Shown here piece by piece: positions 27,515 through 39,815 of a stretch of DNA of 64,000 nt. The position numbers were made by a program, and so were the translations under genes. Every line of letters starts with the position of its first letter. Position 1 is the stretch's first letter. This DNA is from Candidatus Dormiibacterota bacterium (GTDB taxonomy: Bacteria > Chloroflexota > Dormibacteria > Aeolococcales > Aeolococcaceae), in NCBI GenBank assembly GCA_963791435.1, contig CAWBSL010000003.1, forward strand, positions 289,136 to 353,135. The letters run 5' to 3'. Under the pieces are notes generated by a model. It worked only from the letters and a program-made list of their open reading frames with translations, made no database searches and was not told the origin of the DNA.

Positions 27515-28883
27515 ATGGCCACCGACTTGCAACGCGCCACGCCCCGCCTGCACTACGTGTGTGGCGAGTGCGGGGCCGAGGCGCCGAAGTGGCAGGGGCG
27601 CTGCCCGGCGTGTGAGGCCTGGAACAGCCTGAGCGAGGACGTTGTTCGCGTCTCCGGCCGTCGGCGCGGCGGGCCGTACCTCCGCTGCGATCACCACGGC
27701 CTTGACGGCTGTGATGGCTGTCGGGCCACGAGTGCAGCCGACCGGATCCTGCGAAATTGACCGCGTCCTGGGAGGCGGGATCGTTCCCGGCAGCGTCGTG
27801 CTGCTCGGTGGTGACCCTGGCATCGGGAAGTCCACCATCGCGCTGCAGGTGTCGAACAGCTGCGGCGATGAGGTGTCACCGGCGCTGTATTGCACCGGTG
27901 AGGAGTCGCTTGAGCAGCTTGCCCTACGCGCTCGGCGGCTTGGGTGCACCGGTGCCAGGGTTCGCCTGCTTGCGGAGTCCGATGTGGACACCGTGATCGC
28001 CACGATCGAAGCAGAGCGCCCCTCCCTGGTCGTAATCAACTCCGTCCAGACGCTCCGCGACGCCGGCACGCCGGGCCCACCCGGGAGCGTCTCCCAGGTT
28101 CGAGCCGCTGTCCTGCGCATGAGCGACGCGGCCAAGAGCACCGGGGTGCCCGTGCTGCTCGTGGGGCACGTCACCAAGGAGGGAGCCATCGCGGGGCCGC
28201 GCACCCTGGAGCACATGGTCGACGTGGTGCTCTACCTCGAGGGCGAGCGCCTCGGCGAGCACCGCATGCTCCGCGGCATCAAGAACCGCTTCGGCGCGAC
28301 CGGAGAGGTGGGCCTCCTGAGCATGGAGCACGACGGGATGCGCGACCTGCCGGCATCGAGCAGGGGGATGCTCGACGCGGCGTCGCTCGGCGAGTCGGGC
28401 AGCGTGCTCACGATCACCTGCGACGGGCTCAGGCCGATGGCGGTGGAGGTGCAGGCTCTGGCCCTCCCCACGCCCTTCGAGTTACCGAGAAGGACGGTCT
28501 CCGGGTTCGATCTCAACCGCTTGCATCTCCTGCTTGCGGTGATCGCCAAGCGCACCGCCATCCCGATGCCAAAGCTCGACGTGTTCGTCAACGTCGCCGG
28601 TGGGCTGCGGCTCGCCGACCCCGGCACCGACCTCGCCGTGGCACTTGCAATCGCCGGGTCGATGCGCAGCAAGTCGATCTCGCGGCACTGCGCCGTGATC
28701 GGCGAAGTGGGCCTCGGGGGCGAGGTCCGCCGCGTGTCGCGGACCGAGGTGCGGCTGGCCGAAGCGGTCGCCGTCGGGATGGAGGCCGTGATCCTGCCCG
28801 AGAGCTATCGCGGGGACGTTCCCGGCAGCCTCCGCTGTCATCGAGTCTCCAACTTGATCGGGGCGGTTGCACTACTCGGGTGA
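27515..28883 (+). CDS. radA: DNA repair protein RadA/Sms, frameshift between ~27650 and 27730
   Basis: N-terminal zinc finger YVCGECGAEAPKWQGRCPACEAW; RecA-like Walker A GGDPGIGKST; KNRFG motif; Lon-protease-like C-terminus. Confidence 0.8.
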
Positions 28884-28936
28884 CCGTCGTGTCGCGCCGC
28901 ATTTCGGCGCGGAGATCGTGTGGTTCAATCGCCGAG

Positions 28937-30097
28937 ATGCACCCGCATGCCGATCGAACGATCCGTCGGGCCCGAAATCTCTCTCGGATCATCGGGGCCG
29001 GAGTCGGCTTCGTCTTCGGCGTGCTCTACGGCGTCTTCATCCTCTCCGGCACCCCCGGGGTGCTGACCCAGAACACCACCATCGCGGGAGCAGCTCTGCT
29101 CGCGGCCGGCGCCGCCGGGGCGGCCTCACTCGCGCTCGCGGCACCGCTCCTCACCGTCGAGCCGTATCTCTGGCTCGAGCGCACCCTCGAGGAGGCCCCC
29201 GCGGGTCAGATCATCGGGGCGATGATCGGGCTGATCGCCGCGCTGCTGATCGCGACGATGCTGGCCGTCCTCCTGAACCCGTTGCCGTATGGCCTCGGCG
29301 TCCTGCTCTCCCTCAGCATGGCGACGGTCCTCGTCTACGTGGGCGTTCGCACCGGGAGCCGCCGCCGTGACGCCCTCGGGGTGTTCTTCGGCAGATCAGC
29401 CGCTACCGATGAGATCGACATCGACGAAGCGCTCGCGCCGATCGACGGCCAGCCGGTGGTCGTCGACACGAGCGTGCTCATCGACGGACGTATCGTCGAC
29501 GTCGTCGCCGCGGGGTTCGTGCCCGGTCGTCTCCTGATCCCGGGCTTCGTGCTCGAGGAGCTCCAGCGCGTCGCCGATTCCGCGGACCCCTTCCGACGTC
29601 AGAAGGGCCGCCGGGGGCTCGGCGTCGTCGACGCTCTCCAGAAGTCGGAAGACGTCGTTGTCGAGCTGGTCGATCTCGACTTCCCGGGGACACCCGAAGT
29701 GGATGCCCGGCTGGTCAAGCTCGCTCGGGCGCGCGGCGCGTCGCTGATGACTCAGGACTACAACCTCAATCGTCTCGCCCAGATCGAAGGCGTCCGGGTG
29801 CTCAACCTGAACGACCTCGCCAACGCGGTCAAGCCGATCGTCGGCGCCGGCGAGAGCATGGCGATCACCATCGTCAAGGAAGGCAAGGAGCCCCACCAGG
29901 GCGTCGGCTACTTCGAGGACGGCACCATGGTGGTTGTGGAGAACGGCCGGGAGCACGTCGACGAGACGGTCACCGTTACTGTGACCACCGTGCTCCAGAC
30001 AACCGCCGGCCGGATGATCTTCGCAACGATCGCCGCGGACGATTCGACCAAGCCTCGGGTGCTGCGGCCGGTTCGCGCCAAGGTCGCGCAGCGCTGA
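28937..30097 (+). CDS. PIN/TRAM-domain membrane protein (YacL-like)
   Basis: N-terminal TM helices, central PIN domain (VVVDTSVLIDGRI...), C-terminal TRAM-like beta domain; conserved position between radA and ispD. Confidence 0.65.
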   Translation: MHPHADRTIRRARNLSRIIGAGVGFVFGVLYGVFILSGTPGVLTQNTTIAGAALLAAGAAGAASLALAAPLLTVEPYLWLERTLEEAPAGQIIGAMIGLIAALLIATMLAVLLNPLPYGLGVLLSLSMATVLVYVGVRTGSRRRDALGVFFGRSAATDEIDIDEALAPIDGQPVVVDTSVLIDGRIVDVVAAGFVPGRLLIPGFVLEELQRVADSADPFRRQKGRRGLGVVDALQKSEDVVVELVDLDFPGTPEVDARLVKLARARGASLMTQDYNLNRLAQIEGVRVLNLNDLANAVKPIVGAGESMAITIVKEGKEPHQGVGYFEDGTMVVVENGREHVDETVTVTVTTVLQTTAGRMIFATIAADDSTKPRVLRPVRAKVAQR

Positions 30098-30768
30098 CCA
30101 GCGCCCTGATCGTCCCCGCCTTCGGCCACGGGATACGGGCGGGGGAGGACAAGCTCTGGGCGGTCGTCGCCGGGAGGCCGGTCTTCGCGATCACCATCGA
30201 ATCCATCGCCGCCGCCGGGTGCTACGACCTCATCGCCATCGCCGCGCCTGTCGCGCGCTGGGAGCAGATTCGGGGCATCGCCGCCAAGCACGGGCTTCCG
30301 AACGTCGTGCTCCTCGAGGGCGGCGAACGCCGTCAGGACAGCGTCGCCGCCGCGATCGATCGCTGCGAGGGGCACGCCTGGATCTCGGTGCACGACGCTG
30401 CGCGTCCGCTCACCCCAGCCGAGGTGTTCCGGGCGGTCCTGGATGCAGCGCGCGCTGATGGAGCGGCAATCGCCGGGGTACCCTGCGTGGACACGGTGAA
30501 GCAGGTGCAACAGGGCCGGGTTGCGGCCACCCTCGATCGTTCCTCGATCATCGCGGCGCAGACACCCCAGTCGTTCGGCGCCGATCTTCTGCGCCGCGCA
30601 CACCTGAACGCCGCGACCCGGGGGATCACGGCCGGAGACGATGCCGCGCTCGTCGAGGCGATCGGCGAGCCGGTCACGGTGGTGGCCGGAGACCCGCGCA
30701 ACTTCAAAGTCACGTTTCCGCAGGACCTCGTCCTGCTCCGATCGCTACTCGAGGAGGAGGTCCGATGA
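30094..30768 (+). CDS. ispD: 2-C-methyl-D-erythritol 4-phosphate cytidylyltransferase; no canonical start codon in frame (N-terminal frameshift or non-standard start)
   Basis: ALIVPAFGHGIRAGEDKLW...VLLEGGERRQDSV...AAQTPQSF is IspD-like; the first ATG/GTG/TTG in this frame is at 30307, inside the N-terminal domain. Confidence 0.55.
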   Translation: MTSALIVPAFGHGIRAGEDKLWAVVAGRPVFAITIESIAAAGCYDLIAIAAPVARWEQIRGIAAKHGLPNVVLLEGGERRQDSVAAAIDRCEGHAWISVHDAARPLTPAEVFRAVLDAARADGAAIAGVPCVDTVKQVQQGRVAATLDRSSIIAAQTPQSFGADLLRRAHLNAATRGITAGDDAALVEAIGEPVTVVAGDPRNFKVTFPQDLVLLRSLLEEEVR

Positions 30769-31240
30769 CCCCGCGAATCGGTCACGGCATCGATGCCCAC
30801 CGCTTCATCCCTGGACGCCGCCTGATGCTCGGCGGAGTCCTCGTCCCCTACCACCGAGGCCTGCTGGGGCACTCGGACGGCGATGCGGTCGTGCACGCGC
30901 TCGTCGACGCCATCCTCGGCGCGTCGGGCCTGGGCGATATGGGCCGGCACTTTCCCTCGCACGATCCGCAGTGGAAGGACACCTCGGGCTGCGAGTTCCT
31001 GAACGTCGTCGCCGAGAAGCTTCGTGCAGAGGGGTGGCGTGTCGCCAGCGCGCATGTGATCGCGATCGCCGAGGAACCACGCCTCTCGTCCCACCTCGGC
31101 GAGATGGCCGAGGCGATGTCAGAGGCGCTCGGCCTCGAGCCCGGAACGCTCGCGGTTGGCGCGACCACCACCGACGGCATGGGATTCGCGGGACGCGGAG
31201 AGGGAATCGCCGCCTCGGCGACGGTGCTGCTGGAGCACGT

Positions 31241-31244
<4 letters not shown>
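30765..31244 (+). CDS. ispF: 2-C-methyl-D-erythritol 2,4-cyclodiphosphate synthase
   Basis: IGHGIDAHRF...LGHSDGDAVVHAL...GLGDMGRHFP motifs. Confidence 0.85.
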
Positions 31245-32680
<1,436 letters not shown>

Positions 32681-32684
32681 ACCG

Positions 32685-33419
32685 GTGGACATCCTCTACG
32701 GGCGCAACCCGGTGCTGGAAGCGCTGCGCGCGGGCAGATCCGCACGCAAGATCGTGGTTGCGAGTGCGATCCGTCCCGAGGCACGCCTGACCGAGATCCT
32801 CGAGCACGCAGAGGCACGCGACATCCTCATCGAGGAGGTGTCGCGCCAGCGGCTTGACGACATCGCGCACACCGAGCATCACCAGGGCGTGGCCGGATAT
32901 TTCCATGCGCGTGCGGCGCTGACGATCCACGACCTGCTCGATCAGACGCGAGCGCCGGCGCTGCTCGTGGTGCTCGACGGCATCCAGGATCCGCAGAACG
33001 TCGGCGCCATCGCGCGCAGCGCGGAGGCTTGTGGCGCCGACGGCATCGTCGTCCCGCGCCACCACGCGGCACCGCTGACAGCCGCGGCCGTCAAGGCGTC
33101 CGCCGGCGCCACCGAGCACCTGCCGATGGTGACCGTGCCCAACCTCTCCCAGGCGCTCGAGGTCATCGGCAACGCAGGGATCTGGCGCGTCGGCCTCGAC
33201 GCCGACGCAGACGATCGCTACGACTCGGTGGACCTTGCTGGATCTGTGGCGATCGTCGTCGGCGCCGAGGGCGCGGGCATGCGCCGCCTCACCCGCGAGC
33301 ACTGCGATGTGCTCGTCTCGATACCGATGATGGGCCACGTTGCGTCGCTGAATGCCGGCGCTGCCGCAGCGGTGCTGCTCTTCGAAGTGCAACGCCAGCG
33401 CGGTTTTGCACCGCGCTGA
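32685..33419 (+). CDS. rlmB: 23S rRNA (guanosine-2'-O)-methyltransferase, SpoU/TrmH family (RlmB-like)
   Basis: LYGRNPVLEAL N-terminus; SpoU motifs LDGIQDPQNVGAIARSA and SLNAGAAAAVLLFE. Confidence 0.7.
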   Translation: MDILYGRNPVLEALRAGRSARKIVVASAIRPEARLTEILEHAEARDILIEEVSRQRLDDIAHTEHHQGVAGYFHARAALTIHDLLDQTRAPALLVVLDGIQDPQNVGAIARSAEACGADGIVVPRHHAAPLTAAAVKASAGATEHLPMVTVPNLSQALEVIGNAGIWRVGLDADADDRYDSVDLAGSVAIVVGAEGAGMRRLTREHCDVLVSIPMMGHVASLNAGAAAAVLLFEVQRQRGFAPR

Positions 33420-33439
33420 CACGAGGAATTGCACGCGCG

Positions 33440-33973
33440 ATGCAGGCGCTCATCGTTGACGGCTACAACATCATCCATGCGTGGCCGGCGTTGCACACGA
33501 CGCTGCGCGAGCGCGGACTCGAGGATGCGCGCCGCCAGCTGGTGAGCGCGCTCAGCGAGTACGCGGCGCAGACCGGGATCGCGGTCACCGTCGTCTTCGA
33601 TGCGCACTCGCGTCCGGGGGCGATTCCGTCCACGGAACAGTTCGACGGGGTGACCGTGCTCTTCGGATCCAAGCGGGCGAGCGCGGACCATGTCATCGAA
33701 CGTGCGGCGTACAAAGCAGCACAACGGGGCGAGGGCGCGGACGTGGTGGTGGCTACAGACGATCGCCTGGAGCGCGACGTGGTCGGTGCGATGGGCGTTG
33801 CGACGATGGGTGCGCGGGCGCTCGAGGCCGAGGTGGCCCGCGTGGCCGGCAGCGTCGACACCGAGACCCGCCGGATGCGGGACGACAGCCGCCGGAACAG
33901 CCGGCTCGAGGACGGGCTCGACCCGGAGATCCGGCGCCGCCTCGAACGGATCCGGCGCGGCGAGGATCGGTGA
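33440..33973 (+). CDS. NYN-domain protein (YacP/Rae1-like putative RNase)
   Basis: LIVDGYNIIHAWP N-terminus typical of the YacP NYN family; conserved position after rlmB. Confidence 0.6.
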   Translation: MQALIVDGYNIIHAWPALHTTLRERGLEDARRQLVSALSEYAAQTGIAVTVVFDAHSRPGAIPSTEQFDGVTVLFGSKRASADHVIERAAYKAAQRGEGADVVVATDDRLERDVVGAMGVATMGARALEAEVARVAGSVDTETRRMRDDSRRNSRLEDGLDPEIRRRLERIRRGEDR

Positions 33974-34055
33974 AGGCTGATCCCGCGACGACGTCCGGTA
34001 CGCTAGCGGCCATGGGCGGGTACGCAATTGGCTGACGCGCCCCCGCCGCGTTGTC

Positions 34056-35282
34056 GTGACCGGCATGGGGGCGGTGTCGCCGGTGGGCAACAGCGTCGCC
34101 GAAAGCTGGGAGTCGCTCCGCGCCGGGCGTGGCGGTGTCGCGCCGATCACCCATTTCGACGCGTCGAAGCTCCCGGTGCGCATCGCGGGCGAGGTCAAGG
34201 GCTTCGACGCGGCCGCGATCTTCGGCACGAAAGAGGCGCGCCGTGGCACGCCGCACGTCCATTACGCGATGGCCGCCGCGCGCGAGGCGGTGCTCAACTC
34301 CGGCCTCGACATCGCGGCGGAAACGGCGGACGTCGGTGTCCTGATCGCTTCCGGGATCGGCGGCCTCGAGGTCATCGAGCGGACGACGCGCGTCCTCGAT
34401 GCGGAGGGCGCCCGACGGGTGTCCCCGTTCGCGGCGGCGATGGCGCTCGTCGACATGGCGCCGGGCATGGTGTCCATCGACCTCGGCGCCCGCGGTCCGA
34501 ACATGGCGGTGGTGAGCGCCTGCGCCTCCGGTGCCGACGCCATCGGCCAGGCCGCCAACTGGGTGCGGAACGGCGACGCCGTGGCAGTGCTCGCCGGCGG
34601 TACCGAGGCCGGGATCACCTCCACCGGGATCGCGATGTTCGCAGCCGCTCGGGCCCTCTCGGCGCGCAACAACGATCCGGCACATGCGTCGCGACCCTTC
34701 GATCGGGACCGCGATGGATTCGTGGCTGCCGAAGGATCAGCGGTGCTCGTGCTTGAGGAGCGAGAGCACGCGCTTGCGAGAGGCGCGACGATTTACGGGG
34801 AATTGGTCGGATACGCGGCGGCCGCCGACGCGTATCACATCACTGCTCCGGAACCGAGCGGTGAGGGTGCCATCCGCTGCGTGCGCCGCGCGCTGGAGCG
34901 TGCCGGCGTGGGAGTTGAAGACATCCAGTACATCAACGCTCACGGCACCGGAACGCCGCTCAACGACCTGGCGGAGACGCGCGCGATCAAGGCGGTGTTC
35001 GGCGAGTCGGCGTACACGGTGCCGATCTCCTCGACGAAATCGATGACGGGGCACATGCTCGGGGCGGCCGAAGTCTTCGAGGCGATGGTGACGATCCTCG
35101 CGATGCGCGACGGCTTCCTGCCCCCGACGATCAATCTCGAGCACCCCGATCCCGAGTGCGACCTCGACTACGTCCCGAATGTCGGCCGCGCGGTCGAGGC
35201 GCGGCTCGCGATGACGACGTCGTTCGGGTTCGGCGGCCACAACGCGTGCCTGGTGTTCGCAGGCGGACCACAGCCGGCGTGA
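34056..35282 (+). CDS. fabF: 3-oxoacyl-ACP synthase II
   Basis: VVVTGMGAVSPVGN; active-site Cys in VVSACASGADAI; catalytic His motifs INAHGTGT and TKSMTGHMLG; FGFGGHNA C-terminus. Confidence 0.85.
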   Translation: MTGMGAVSPVGNSVAESWESLRAGRGGVAPITHFDASKLPVRIAGEVKGFDAAAIFGTKEARRGTPHVHYAMAAAREAVLNSGLDIAAETADVGVLIASGIGGLEVIERTTRVLDAEGARRVSPFAAAMALVDMAPGMVSIDLGARGPNMAVVSACASGADAIGQAANWVRNGDAVAVLAGGTEAGITSTGIAMFAAARALSARNNDPAHASRPFDRDRDGFVAAEGSAVLVLEEREHALARGATIYGELVGYAAAADAYHITAPEPSGEGAIRCVRRALERAGVGVEDIQYINAHGTGTPLNDLAETRAIKAVFGESAYTVPISSTKSMTGHMLGAAEVFEAMVTILAMRDGFLPPTINLEHPDPECDLDYVPNVGRAVEARLAMTTSFGFGGHNACLVFAGGPQPA

Positions 35283-35306
35283 GGAGAGCAAGCACGCCCT
35301 AGCCGG

Positions 35307-36023
35307 TCAGTCGGGGCTCACCACCCGATCGAGCGCGGCCTTGATGATCCCGTAGCACTCGCAGGACACCAACTCCAGACCGTCGCGATCGACGATGGTG
35401 ACCCGTCCCCGGTGATACCGGATCAGCCCCGCCGACTGCAGGAGACCGGCCGAGAGCGTCACTGTGGCGCGTCGCGAGCCGAGCATCTGACCCAGGAATT
35501 CGTGCGTGATCGGGAAGGTATCGGTGCCCACCCGGTCGTGGCTCATGAGCAGCCACCGGCTCAACCGCTCCTCGTTGGAGTGGAGGCGGTTGCACGCGGC
35601 CGCCTGGGAGATCTGCCCGAAGAGGGCTTGCACATACTTCTGCACGAGCGCTCGAAACGCGGGCATCCGCTCGAGGCTCCTGATGAACTCGGTGGCCTCC
35701 ATGCGCAGCGTGCGTCCCGCCACCTGCGAGATCGCTCGTACCGCCAGGGATCCGCCCGGCACGAGCGGCACACCGACGATGCCTTCGTTCCCGATCGTGG
35801 CCACCTCGACGATATTGCCGTCAGCCAGAGGCGTGACCAGGGAGATGACCCCGTCCACCGGGAAGTGGACATGCGTGATCGGCTGACCAGGATCGAAGAT
35901 GACCGTCTTGACGCTGAGATGCCCCTGCCGAAGATGCTGCATCAGCGTCTCGCGCTCCGCGTGTGGCAGCGCCTCAAGCAGGTGGTTCCCTGCCGGCGCG
36001 CCCAAGGTGGCTCCCTTTGGCAT
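35307..36023 (-). CDS. Crp/Fnr-family transcriptional regulator
   Basis: cNMP-binding-like beta-barrel region plus C-terminal HTH (RATVTLSAGLLQSAGLIRYHRGRVTI). Confidence 0.75.
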   Translation of the reverse strand: MPKGATLGAPAGNHLLEALPHAERETLMQHLRQGHLSVKTVIFDPGQPITHVHFPVDGVISLVTPLADGNIVEVATIGNEGIVGVPLVPGGSLAVRAISQVAGRTLRMEATEFIRSLERMPAFRALVQKYVQALFGQISQAAACNRLHSNEERLSRWLLMSHDRVGTDTFPITHEFLGQMLGSRRATVTLSAGLLQSAGLIRYHRGRVTIVDRDGLELVSCECYGIIKAALDRVVSPD

Positions 36024-36143
36024 CGGTTCCTCACGAGGTTATCGCAGTCCCCCCGATCGCGGCAACTCGGATTCGACCCCGCGCCTGCCTGGCAGTTGGG
36101 TGAGGTTGTCCCGTGCGAGTCCCGTGGGAGAATCGCACCGCCG

Positions 36144-36215
36144 GCCGATGTAGCTCAGGGGTAGAGCAACCGCCTTGTAAGCGGTTGGTCGGGAGTTCGA
36201 ATCTCCCCATCGGCT
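36144..36215 (+). tRNA. tRNA-Thr (anticodon TGT)
   Basis: GCCGATGTAGCTCAGGGGTAGAGCAACCGCCTTGTAAGCGGTTGGTCGGGAGTTCGAATCTCCCCATCGGCT; anticodon loop CUUGUAA. Confidence 0.8.
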
Positions 36216-36293
36216 CCGCGACCTTCTGCATGACGCTTCTCATCCGATTGGGGGATGTCTGCCGGCGAGGAACGAGAAGTCATGATCCCGGCC

Positions 36294-39092
36294 ATGGCCT
36301 CGAAGGGAATGTGGCGGGTGATCGGACGGCAGGTGCGCTCCCGGCGCGACCGGTCGCTCGCGCTTGGTGCCGGGATCCTGGTCGCCTCCGTCAGCTTCTC
36401 CCTGCTGACTGCGGATGTCGCCACCAGCCAGCTGGAAGTGACCAGTACCGTCGCGGCCAACTACGTGAACTCCGCCTACCAGATCCTCGTTCGCCCTAAG
36501 GGCTCGCGGACCACGTTGGAGACCAGCCAGGGCGTGGTGCGTCCAGGGGCGATCTCTGGGATCGGGGGCGGCATCACGCTCGCGCAATGGCAGCAAGTGC
36601 TGCACACCCAGGGCGTGACGGTTGCCGCTCCGATTGCCATACTCGGCTACGCCCTGCCAGAGAGCGTGTTTCCCATCGATCTCACGACCTACTTGGGCAG
36701 CGCTCAGCGGGCAATCTTCCGAGTTAGCGTTGAGCGGGTCACCGACGACGGGCTCACTCGTCAAACGGATGCGCCGGTCTACGTCTACATCACTCGAAAC
36801 GCCATGGCGCCGGAGCCAAACCAGGGCAATACCCTCCTCGCCGTTGCTGCCGAGGAAGTCGTGAGCCCGGGGAACGACCACCCGGTATGCGCCGAGGACC
36901 TGGCCAGTACCGGCCCATTCGACCAGGCGGACCGGGGCGGCATCGCAGCACTAGGCGACGTCGACTGCTGGTCGCTGCAAAATGGCTTGCAACTACCTGG
37001 GGAAGCGAGCTTTGCGCCGTTTACTCGCGGCCATGCCGGCGCGCTGGTGCCGACATTCCTGCCGTTCGTCATCGCCGCCATCGACCCTGTCCAGGAGGCA
37101 AAGCTCGACGGTCTCAACAGCGCGGTGATATCCGGCCGTTACCTGAGGACCACCGACGTGCCGTCCTATCCGGTAGCGGCATTCTCCGGATTCGCGTCAG
37201 TGCCGGTGCTTGCGTCAAGCCAACCGTACGCGGATGAAGGCATCGCGGCGAACGTCCAGCAACTTCCGGCGTCTGCTGCGCAGCGCATGGCCCAGGGAAG
37301 CCCATTGTTGGGCAGCGACCTTGCCGCGTTCCTCGCCGCGCAACCGGGCACCAGCCTGAAGACCGTGGATATCACGCCGCAACAGGAGCAGAACGCACTC
37401 CTGGCCGCACTCACCGGGCCGACCGCGGGGTCACCGGATATCGCGGCGTACTGGTCGGTGGGCCCGACCACGTATCAGGTTCGCGCTGACGGCACGCTGG
37501 TTCCGAACCAGGTCAGCAATGGCATCGACGCTTGGAAGGCAGGAACGTTCGGCACCTACCTTCAGGCGCCGCTGAGCGCCGAGGATGCCCAGTTCCGCAC
37601 TCTCACCGAGCATCCGAGCCCGCAGAACCTGCAGGCCAATCAGCTCGAAGCCTTGCTGCACTCGGTCGGTGTCTTCAACCCCGCCAAGTTGCCGGGGTTC
37701 GACAGTACTGTGAACAACGCCCTCGAGATCTTCCGAGCCCCTGGACTCGAACCTGCGGACGCACGCACGGCCGCGTTGCTGCACGGGCAGCAGCTCCTGC
37801 CGAATGGAAACCTCGGCGGCTATGTAACCCAACCGCCACTCATGCTCACCGACCTCGCCTCGCTTCCCGCATTCGAGGGAGGTCACTACTTGCCCAACGC
37901 CCAAGCAGCTCCGATCAGCGCCATCCGGATCCGGGTGTCCGGTGTCACCGGCATCGATCCACTCAGTCGCGAACGCGTCCGCCTCGCCGCCCAAAAGATC
38001 CAGAAGGAGACTGGATTGGACGTGGACATCACCGCCGGATCGTCGCCGTCGCCAAGGACGATCGCTCTTCCCGCCGGCCACTTCGGGCGTCCTGCTCTTG
38101 AGCTCACCGAGCCGTGGGTGAAGAAGGGCGTCGCGCTGGCCATCATCCAAGGTCTGGACCAGAAGAGCCTCACGCTCTTTGTTCTGGTGCTCGTCGTCTG
38201 CATTCTCTTTCTTGCCAACGGAGCGTATGCCAGCGTGCGGTCCAGGCGGACCGAGCTCGGTGTGCTTTCATGTTTGGGTTGGGGTCGAGCTGCGGTGTTC
38301 CAACTCATCATCGGTGAGCTGGCACTCGTTGGCCTGACGGCAGGAGTCGTCGGTGCTGCGGTCGCGGAATTCCTCGCGTTCTCGCTGCGACTACAACTCC
38401 CATGGTGGCATGCGCTGCTGGTCATACCGATTGCGCTGATACTTGCGTGCGTCGCCGGGTTGGCACCCGCCTGGGCCGCGACCCGGGGCCGCCCACTCGA
38501 CGCTGTGTACCCGGTCACCGCCCGTGGTGGTGGGCGCCGTTCGATTCGAGGTGTGTCCGGCGTTGCGCTTGCCAACAGTTTTCGGCGCCCAGCGCGGATC
38601 GTCAGCGGAGCTTTCGGCTTGTTGATCGGCGTGGCCGCATTCGCAGCGCTGCTCGCGGTGCAATTGGTCTTTCAGGGCCAGATCGCCGGCAGCGTGCTCG
38701 GCGACCTGGTGAGTGTGCAGGTCCGCGGCGTCGACCTCGTCGCCGCGGTGTTGGCACTCCTGCTCGGTGCCTTCAGCGTCGCCGACGTCCTGGCGGTCAA
38801 TCTTCGCGATCGCGCCGGAGAGCAGGCGGTACTCGCTGCAACCGGCTGGCAACCGAAGACCTTGTTCCGTCTCGCGTTCACCGAGGGGATGGTCGTTGGA
38901 GTCGTCGGAGTGATCGCCGGAGGCGCAATCGGCGTTGGCCTTGCAGCCTTACTCGCGGGCTCCATTCTGGCGGTCCTCCCCGCCGTACTCCTTGCAGCGC
39001 TGATCAGTCTTGCCTTGGTGGCGGCGGTCGTCATGTTGCCGTCGTGGCAGGCCGCGCGAACGCCACCAGCTGCGGCGCTGGCGGAGGATTAG
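36294..39092 (+). CDS. FtsX/MacB-like ABC permease with large extracytoplasmic domain (intact chromosomal paralog of the island copy)
   Basis: The N-terminus MASKGMWRVIGRQVRSRRDRS aligns to the island MVSRRLWRMIGQQVRSRRDRS; C-terminal FtsX TM bundle; the ORF track starts at 36255. Confidence 0.75.
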   Translation: MASKGMWRVIGRQVRSRRDRSLALGAGILVASVSFSLLTADVATSQLEVTSTVAANYVNSAYQILVRPKGSRTTLETSQGVVRPGAISGIGGGITLAQWQQVLHTQGVTVAAPIAILGYALPESVFPIDLTTYLGSAQRAIFRVSVERVTDDGLTRQTDAPVYVYITRNAMAPEPNQGNTLLAVAAEEVVSPGNDHPVCAEDLASTGPFDQADRGGIAALGDVDCWSLQNGLQLPGEASFAPFTRGHAGALVPTFLPFVIAAIDPVQEAKLDGLNSAVISGRYLRTTDVPSYPVAAFSGFASVPVLASSQPYADEGIAANVQQLPASAAQRMAQGSPLLGSDLAAFLAAQPGTSLKTVDITPQQEQNALLAALTGPTAGSPDIAAYWSVGPTTYQVRADGTLVPNQVSNGIDAWKAGTFGTYLQAPLSAEDAQFRTLTEHPSPQNLQANQLEALLHSVGVFNPAKLPGFDSTVNNALEIFRAPGLEPADARTAALLHGQQLLPNGNLGGYVTQPPLMLTDLASLPAFEGGHYLPNAQAAPISAIRIRVSGVTGIDPLSRERVRLAAQKIQKETGLDVDITAGSSPSPRTIALPAGHFGRPALELTEPWVKKGVALAIIQGLDQKSLTLFVLVLVVCILFLANGAYASVRSRRTELGVLSCLGWGRAAVFQLIIGELALVGLTAGVVGAAVAEFLAFSLRLQLPWWHALLVIPIALILACVAGLAPAWAATRGRPLDAVYPVTARGGGRRSIRGVSGVALANSFRRPARIVSGAFGLLIGVAAFAALLAVQLVFQGQIAGSVLGDLVSVQVRGVDLVAAVLALLLGAFSVADVLAVNLRDRAGEQAVLAATGWQPKTLFRLAFTEGMVVGVVGVIAGGAIGVGLAALLAGSILAVLPAVLLAALISLALVAAVVMLPSWQAARTPPAAALAED

Positions 39093-39095
39093 CCG

Positions 39096-39815
39096 ATGCC
39101 GGGCGTCGCCATCACTGGTCGAGGACTGACTCGCGAGTATCCCGCTGGCGAGCGCTCGCAAACAGCATTGGATCACGTCGACATTGACGTCGCCGCTGGA
39201 TCGCTGGTCGCGATCACCGGTCCCTCGGGATCAGGGAAATCCACCCTGCTGCACGTCATCGGTGGGATGGACATCCTCACCTCGGGCACCTTGCGGGTGG
39301 GGGATACGCAACTCGACGAACTGCCGCCGCGGAGACTGGTCACCTATCGGCGCAAGGTGGGATTCGTGTTCCAACGGTTTCACTTGCTGCCCGCGTTGAC
39401 GGCAGCTGACAATGTCGCAGCGCCGCTGCTTCCTTACGAGGCCGGGAAAGCATTGCAGCGTCGAGCGCGTGAACTCCTTGAGCAGGTTGGCCTAGGCGAC
39501 CGCGGTGACGCGCTGCCGTCGGAGTTGTCCGGAGGTGAGCAGCAGCGGGTAGCAATTGCGCGGGCGTTGATCGTCAACCCGCCGCTGCTCCTCGCCGACG
39601 AGCCGACCGGCAACCTGGACTCCGTGACTGGTGCGACCATTTTCGATCTGCTGATCGACCTCCATTCCCGCACTGGCGCCACCCTCGTGGTGGCCACGCA
39701 CGATCCCGCGATTGATGCTCGCTGCGACCGCCACATGGCAATTCGAGATGGAAGGATGGAGCCACCGCCGGCCGAAAGCTCAGCCCGTAGCTTCGAGCGC
39801 CCGGCTACGGCGTGA
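39096..39815 (+). CDS. ABC transporter ATP-binding protein (chromosomal paralog of 2691..3410)
   Basis: Walker A, signature and Walker B motifs; ~90% aa identity to the island copy. Confidence 0.85.
   Translation: MPGVAITGRGLTREYPAGERSQTALDHVDIDVAAGSLVAITGPSGSGKSTLLHVIGGMDILTSGTLRVGDTQLDELPPRRLVTYRRKVGFVFQRFHLLPALTAADNVAAPLLPYEAGKALQRRARELLEQVGLGDRGDALPSELSGGEQQRVAIARALIVNPPLLLADEPTGNLDSVTGATIFDLLIDLHSRTGATLVVATHDPAIDARCDRHMAIRDGRMEPPPAESSARSFERPATA

Noticed and set aside
24014-28216. Minus-strand ORFs 24014..25138, 25045..25809 and 26378..28216 (612 aa)
   Set aside because: Antisense to GT4, uvrB and radA. The 612-aa ORF is simply the stop-free reverse strand of a GC-rich coding region.
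27944-28936. Upstream 330 codons of the 717-aa ORF 27944..30097
   Set aside because: Arg/Gly/Pro-rich read-through in an alternate frame of radA. The genuine PIN/TRAM gene starts at the internal ATG 28937.
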